Assembly: GCF_009914755.1 (NCBI RefSeq)
Contig: NC_060933.1
Strand: one strand, 5' to 3'
DNA length: 64,000 nt
Source: the human T2T-CHM13v2.0 reference genome, Homo sapiens
Position 1 is the stretch's first letter, and each line of letters begins with the position of its first letter. The translations under genes and the position numbers were made by a program. The notes beneath the pieces were generated by a model, which saw nothing but the letters and a program-made list of their open reading frames with translations, did not search any database and was not told the origin of the DNA. This document shows, in pieces, positions 57,923 through 64,000 of this stretch.

Positions 57923-58175
57923 GTGTCTTAGTCCAGCTGCCATAGCAAAATACCATAAAAACTGGGTGGTTTATAAACAACAGAAATTTATTTCCCCCAA
58001 TTCTGGAGGCTGAAAGTCCAAGATCCAAGGCACTGGCAGATTCGGTGATGGGGGAGGGCTATCTTCCTGGTTCATAGGTGGCGCCTTCTCACTGTGTCTT
58101 CACATGGAGGAAGGGGTGAGGGAGCTCAATGGGACCTCTATAATAAGGGGACTAAGCCCATTCCTGAGGGCTTCA
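57923..58175 (-). mobile_element. MLT1A LTR fragment
   Basis: tgtcttagtcc...gccatagcaaaatacc...ttctggaggctgaaagtccaagatc. Confidence 0.75.
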
Positions 58176-58219
58176 GTTAATTGCTTTCACAGTACTTCTT
58201 GTGACTTTCTCTCATTCTA

Positions 58220-58310
58220 TTTTCTTTTTTTTATTTATTTAATTTTATTTTATTCTTATTATACTTTAAGTTTTAGGGTACATGTGCACAATGTGCAGGT
58301 TAGTTACATA
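58220..58310 (-). mobile_element. Tiny L1PA 3'-terminal insertion
   Basis: T-rich tail plus tatactttaagttttagggtacatgtgcacaatgtgcaggttagttacata. Confidence 0.85.
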
Positions 58311-58524
58311 TTCTTATTCGTATACGGCCACCATCAGAATTGCCCTGCATCTTCCAGTTGTGGGGAGGAGAGAGGCCATCTCATTGATGCTTGAGGCTAG
58401 TGCAGAACAAGGATGTTGGCAGAGTGAGAAAAGACAATAGAGTCAGCCAGCAAAGTGTAACCCAAGTCCATCATTTCTGTATTGTATATTGTATTACTTT
58501 TATAATTTAAAAAGACAAAAAAAT

Positions 58525-58850
58525 TCCAAATGGAATGGGGTTACCAGGGGCAAGTGGGCAGGGCAGGGGAGACATCAAAGGGTACAAAGTTGCAGTTATG
58601 TAGGATAAACAGTCTAGAGACCTAAAGAACAGCATGGTGACTATAGTTAATAATAATGTACCATGCATTTGAAATTTGCTAAGAGAGGTAGTAAGTGTTG
58701 TAACCACACACAAAAACAAAGGTAACTATGTGAGGTGCTGGATATGTTAATTAGCTTGACTATAGTAATTGTTTTACATTGTTTAGGTATATCAAGCCAT
58801 TACATAGGACACCTTAGATATACACAATTTTTATTTTAAAAATAAATATA
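58525..58850 (+). mobile_element. L1MA 3' UTR fragment
   Basis: aagggtacaaagttgcagttatgtagga...ggatatgttaattagcttgac. Confidence 0.75.
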
Positions 58851-59379
58851 TAAGAGAAGAAAAATTTAACAATTCCCTTAAAAAAAAGTGAATCTATTTA
58901 GGGTTAAAATACTAACTTAATCAGAGTTGAAGACTTTCATTCAGTCTCTCCACCCAATTCTGATGCCTCATTCCCACACTAAAATGGAAAAATGAAAAAA
59001 GTTCTGAGGATTTTTTAAAGTCCTGAATAAGATCCAAAAACACCAATGATGAGCATGAAAGTGGCATGCGTATTCTTTACCTGTGTAGAACAGTACTATT
59101 TTGCACACTCTTACAGAGCTTGTTCAGCAAATGGAGTTATTATCAATCATCAATTAAAAACAGAGAGGGAAACGTGAATCGCAACTTGGGATCTAAAGGA
59201 ATCACCTGGGTTTGTGGTTCAAGTCCAGTCCAGGCTGGGGAGAGGAGAGTGAGAGTCCACTCTCCAAGGTCTGTCATGTTCTAACGGACAGTCACACTTC
59301 ATTAGGGGCAATTATCCTCATCCCCCACCAAAATTTGCCATGGTGATCCCAATGTAAGCAAACAGAAAAGGTGCCTTTG

Positions 59380-60046
59380 AACTAATTGAGAAAATTATTT
59401 TCAGGTGTGCCTGGAAAGGTGTTTCGGAAAGAAGTTAACATTTGACTTGGTAGACTGAGTGAAGGAGATCTACCCGTACCAGCCTGGGCACCCTCGAATC
59501 ACTTGAGGGCCTGAATAGAAGAAAAAGGTGGAGGAAGAGTGAATTCTCTGTCTCTCCTGGAGCAGCTGGGACATTCGTCTTCTCCTGCCCTCAAACTTTG
59601 GAGCTCCACACCACCATGAGCCTCAGACTCAGACTGAAATTATACCATGGGCCTTCCTGGGCCTTCAGCTTACTGGTGGCATGTCATGGGACTTCTCAGC
59701 CTTCGTAATCATGAGCCAGTTCCTGTAATAAATCCCCTCACATATTGCAGGGCCTCTCAGTTTTCCCCTACTTCCTCTCCTTGTGTTGACTAAGAAATAC
59801 AGGCCTGACCACTCTGTGACCCAGCTGGCTGCATGTTTTCTCTTGCAGGCTCGAACTCATGCGGACACTTTGAATGTTCCCAGGCACTGATAAAGTTGTT
59901 AAGGTTGTGCCCAAAACATGAAAAGATCAAACATGTTGCTAAACATGTAAAAACGAACCCTCTACCCTGAGTCAGAGTCGCTTATGGGAACTCCCTTGCC
60001 ACTGTTTTTGGGGTGCCTCCACCAGGAGTTCAGCCAGACAGAACAT

Positions 60047-60092
<46 letters not shown>

Positions 60093-60131
60093 CCTATTGG
60101 TTCTGTGTCTCCAAAAAACCCTAACTAATAT
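59380..60131 (+). mobile_element. MLT2-type LTR with an internal LTR-like insertion (~59746-60040) and (CA)21 at 60048-60089
   Basis: ggtagactgagtgaagg...ttgagggcctgaatagaa...cctattggttctgtgtctc...accctaactaata; family of the inner insert uncertain. Confidence 0.65.
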
Positions 60132-60954
60132 AGCTACCATGTTTCCACAACACTCTAACTCTGGGGTGAGTCTATTTTACCAGAAAGCCCGAAAAAACTA
60201 TTTTTCCAACAGAATTGCATGCTGATGAGTAGCCTATAGTCAGGAAGCCAAAATCTGCATCCAGGTTAACTGCAAATATCAATGTTAGTAATTAACTACC
60301 TCTATCTTCTTCCTTAAAGGGCACAGGTGGGATTGAGATGACTTTAAAATTACAAATTATGTTTCTAACGGTCAAAGCCCTGAGAAGATGGCACACTGAT
60401 TTTCCCACAGCGAGGATGGGAGATTTCCCTGGTACAGCATCTGGTGTAGCCTCATCTCGTTCATGCAGCAGGGTCACCACTATCACAGTGGTGGGCCACT
60501 TGCCACTTGCGCTGGCAATACCTCCTGCTGCATTATCAGGTAGCAGAGACCCTGAATTTGCAGGATGTGCAGCCATCCCCAGCCATGACACTCTGTGGAA
60601 TAACTCCCACTGGGTCCCTCCCTGAAAGGCTGTCTCCTTAGCAACACGCTCTCATGCCTTCTATAAACCCAAACACAATGGACAGCAGCTCAACACACAT
60701 AGAAAATCTGCCACAGGAGCCTCACAAGAGGTCCAGCCACTCCCCTCCCACCTGTGAAGGCTGTGGGGGTCTTGCAGAAATGTGAGAAATATAGTTGGGC
60801 TGATAAAAACCAAGGCCTGCCACAAAACCAGTAGATACAGCGACTGTGTTATCATCACGCTAAAGGGAGGAACAACACAACTCATGTAAATGAACTGATG
60901 CTCAGCCTTAGAATGCAAGTAGAAAGAATTCCACATCCAAAGGCTCAGGAAAGA

Positions 60955-61690
60955 TGTTATAGCCTGATGGGTTCTTCTTGCCCACCACCCTTAAAAACCA
61001 ATGCAGTGAGAACAGCAGGTGTTGCAGGACAGAAAGAGTTTAATAATTGCAGGGCCAGCCAGGCAAGGAGGACTGGAGATAATTCTCAAATCCACCTCTG
61101 CAAGAATTCAGAGGCTAGGGATTTTCAAGGATAGTTTGGCAGGCTGCGGGCGGGGGAATGGGGAGTGCTGATTGGTTGGGTTGGGGATTAAATCACAGGG
61201 GGTTCAAGCTGTCATCTTATGTTGAGTCAGTTCCTGGGTGGGGGTCACAGGACTAGTTGGGTCAGTTCCTGGGTAAGGATTACCTGTTCAGGTGGCCCCA
61301 GCTGGCCCATCAAAATGCAAGGTCTGAAAAGTACCTCAAACGCCAGTCTTAAGTTTCACCATAATGATGTTATCTATAGGAGCAATTGGGGAGGTTACAA
61401 ATCTTGTGACCTCTAGCTACATGACTCCTGAACCATAATTCTAACCTTGTGGCTAATGTATTAGTTTTACAAAGGCTGTTTCAGTCCCTGAGCATGGAGG
61501 GGGTTAGTTTTGGGAAAGGACTGTTATCATCTTTGTTTTAATGTTAAACTATAAACTAAATTCTTCCTACAGTTAGCTTGGCCTACACCCAGGAATGAGC
61601 AAAGACAGTTAGCTTGTGAGGTTAGAAGCAAGATGGAGTCAGCTATGTCAGGTTTCTCTTATTGTCATAATTTTTGCAAAGGTGGTCTCA
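60955..61690 (-). mobile_element. LTR8-family (ERV1) solo LTR
   Basis: Reverse begins tgagaccacctttgcaaaaattatgac...gactccatcttgcttctaacctc; flanks aaga / aata. Confidence 0.8.
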
Positions 61691-61865
61691 AATACTGGTT
61701 CATGCAATACCATATGTCATGCAAAATTTCTTATCAATTTTAAGCCCTTCCTCATTCTTTCCTCTGAATGCAAATTATTACTCTTAACTTTCCCCTGGCA
61801 GTGAGGTGTCACCGGAAGCTTTTGGGACAAAGACAGACATGCACGAACTCAAGTTCTTTGCCAAC

Positions 61866-62075
61866 CAGTGGCATGAGGTAGCCAGCCTGTATCATCTCAT
61901 TAGAGCCAATTGTTAAATTTTTACTGACTGCGTGAGCTTCACGTTGAATCATCAGTGGTTTGAAATTGGCCACAGTAGGGCATTTATACCACAGATATCA
62001 GCAAATACTACTGATCATGGTTGGTTGGTTTGCTTTCCAGTAAAGTGGTTATTAAGCATTTACCAGCACCCACTG
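61866..62075. mobile_element. MER63-like hAT DNA transposon
   Basis: Terminal cagtgg...ccactg; internal gagccaattgttaaattt and tgaaattggcca. Confidence 0.55.
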
Positions 62076-63123
62076 GCCATCTGCCACTGCTCAGGTGGGC
62101 TTGTGCCAGTTTTATCACCTTTCTAAACTTTTTCTCTATTTACACAATGAGAATCACAATTCCATTCCATACAGCCATTTTTTTTTCTAAATGAGGACAG
62201 TGAGTATGACAGTGCTTTGTAAATTACAAAGCAATTGACAACAACTGCATTTTTAATCCTCATACCCTTATCTATACAATATATGAGAATCTTCCTGCTT
62301 TCCTTTGCCTCCAGGAAACCAAGAGGTTCATATTGACCTTTCTTTTTTTCTCTTTTTTAATGTTTATACCCCTAGTTTTAAATTTAAATGGAGGATTGCA
62401 AAGTTTTTTCTCTTTTTTCAAGAAGAATGCCAGAGTTAGGGACAGTGATATTTTCAAAGTGCAGGAAAGGCTGAAGCACTCCTTCCATTTGTTGGGTTCT
62501 TGGCAAATGTGAACTGAGTGCCTGCTAGGAATCACCATGAGCTATTTGGAAGGTGCCTGGCATCCAGGTGGCAAAGGCCAGAGCAGTGCAGGCAAGCCTG
62601 GGTCCACCCTGTGAAGTAGAATCCACTGTCATCTCCTCCACATGGTCACCCCATGCCCTGCTCTGGAATGGGCTTATCTCCACTATTCACAGGTCCAAAT
62701 TCACTCATATCAGATGACTTCCACCAAAGGGGGTGATCCCTCAAAAATGCTAAACTCTTGTTCTCTTTTCTGAAACAAGGACTACCATTTCACTTTCAAA
62801 AACAGATGTGCTCTCTACCTAGAGAATGTGTTGAGCAGATGACCCCATCCATGGCAATCTTTGTGAACGTTGGCAGCTGCTCCCTCATATCTTCTCTCCT
62901 CTGTCACACAGTGTTGCTGTGCAAATCCCCACAGCCTCCAACCCTTGTGACAGAGGTTTCCACAGAAGCACTTTTATCTCTTGGTCTTCACTGCTTCAAC
63001 AGTTCCCTGAATTTCTCCTGAACACTGGGCTGAAATGGTCAGTACTGATGAAGACTTTGAGCTACAGAAGGCTCTCCTCAGTCACCTGTCTCCCAGTCTT
63101 GCTGAGTACTAGGGAGGACCACA

Positions 63124-63490
63124 TGATATGGTTTGGGTTTGTGTCCCCACCCAAATCTCATATCGAATTGTAATCCCCAGGTATCGAGGGAAGGAATTGG
63201 TGGAAGGTGATGGGATTATAGGGCTGGTTTCCCCCATGCTATTCTCACGATAGTGAGTGAGTTCTCACGAGATCTGATAGTTTCATAAGGGACTCTCTCC
63301 CCTTCACTTCCTTCACACACTATCTCACCTGCTGCCATGTAAGATGTGCCTGCTTCCCCTTCAGCCATGATTGTAAGTTTCCTGAGGCCTCCCAAGCCAT
63401 GCAGAACTGTGAGCCAATCAAACTTCTTTTCTTTAGAAATTACCCAGTCTTGGGCGATTCTTTATGGCAGTGTGAGAACGGACTAATACA
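63124..63490 (+). mobile_element. THE1D/MSTA-like solo LTR
   Basis: tgatatggtttgg...ggactaataca; perfect TSD CCACA (63119-63123 / 63491-63495). Confidence 0.88.
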
Positions 63491-63741
63491 CCACATTACT
63501 GTGACTCTCACCTGGCAGGTTTTGCACCTTTTCCTAGTTCAAAATCTTTTCTACACTCAAGCAGATGATGCATCCGCAATGTTTCCCAACTTCTTGAAAA
63601 TGTAGTTTAGCAAAAGCAAGAATGAATGGGTCCAATCAACAATAGCTTCTGTTTGAGGCAAGCATAGTCCATAGCTGTTTGCTCTATTCAAGAAGCTTGA
63701 TTCCTCTCAACTATGCAAGTATGTATTATTAAATGTCAGAT

Positions 63742-64000
63742 TGTCTCAGTCCATTCAGACTGCTATACCAAAATACCACAGACTGGGGGGCTTATACACA
63801 ACAGACATTTCTTTCTCACAGTTCTGAAGGCTGGAAGTCCAACATCAAGGTTCTCAGAGATTCCATGACTGGTGAGGGCTCTCTTCTTTGTTCACAGATG
63901 GTGCCTCCTCACTGTGTCCTCACATGGTTGAAGGAAAGCACTCTGGTTTCTTTAGCCTATGAGGGTCCTCATCCCCTCATGAAGCTCTGCCCCCATTGAG
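63742..64000 (-). mobile_element. MLT1A LTR, cut by the window end
   Basis: tgtctcagtccattcagactgctataccaaaataccacagactgg. Confidence 0.8.

Overview
Primate (almost certainly human) genomic DNA spanning the 5' end of SHC3 (ShcC/N-Shc/Rai, a neuron-enriched Shc adaptor) on the minus strand. The only host coding sequence I can support is the first coding exon of SHC3 (33240->32767, 158 codons; long-isoform Met at 33240, internal short-isoform Met at 32880), inside a CpG island. Positions 1-32766 read as SHC3 intron 1 (no exon 2 recognised by eye); above ~33.6 kb is upstream flank. Much of the window is interspersed repeat: Alus, a 5'-truncated L1PA2-like insertion with a 16-bp TSD, a deeply nested ~8.7-kb L1 cluster, many MaLR/ERVL/ERV1 solo LTRs and DNA-transposon fossils. 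The long ORF-track entries outside SHC3 are L1 ORF2 remnants or chance ORFs. I found no new protein-coding system. The best leads are regulatory: (1) a textbook splice acceptor just upstream of the 'first' exon plus consensus upstream donors, suggesting a hybrid first/internal exon and an upstream promoter; (2) a dense uORF architecture that could set the long/short isoform ratio; (3) a consensus REST/RE1 site ~7.7 kb upstream of the ATG; (4) twin AP-1+SOX modules; (5) an ERV1 LTR that looks APOBEC3-edited; (6) a UG tract next to a latent donor in intron 1. Repeat subfamily names come from recalled consensus sequences and need RepeatMasker/Dfam confirmation.
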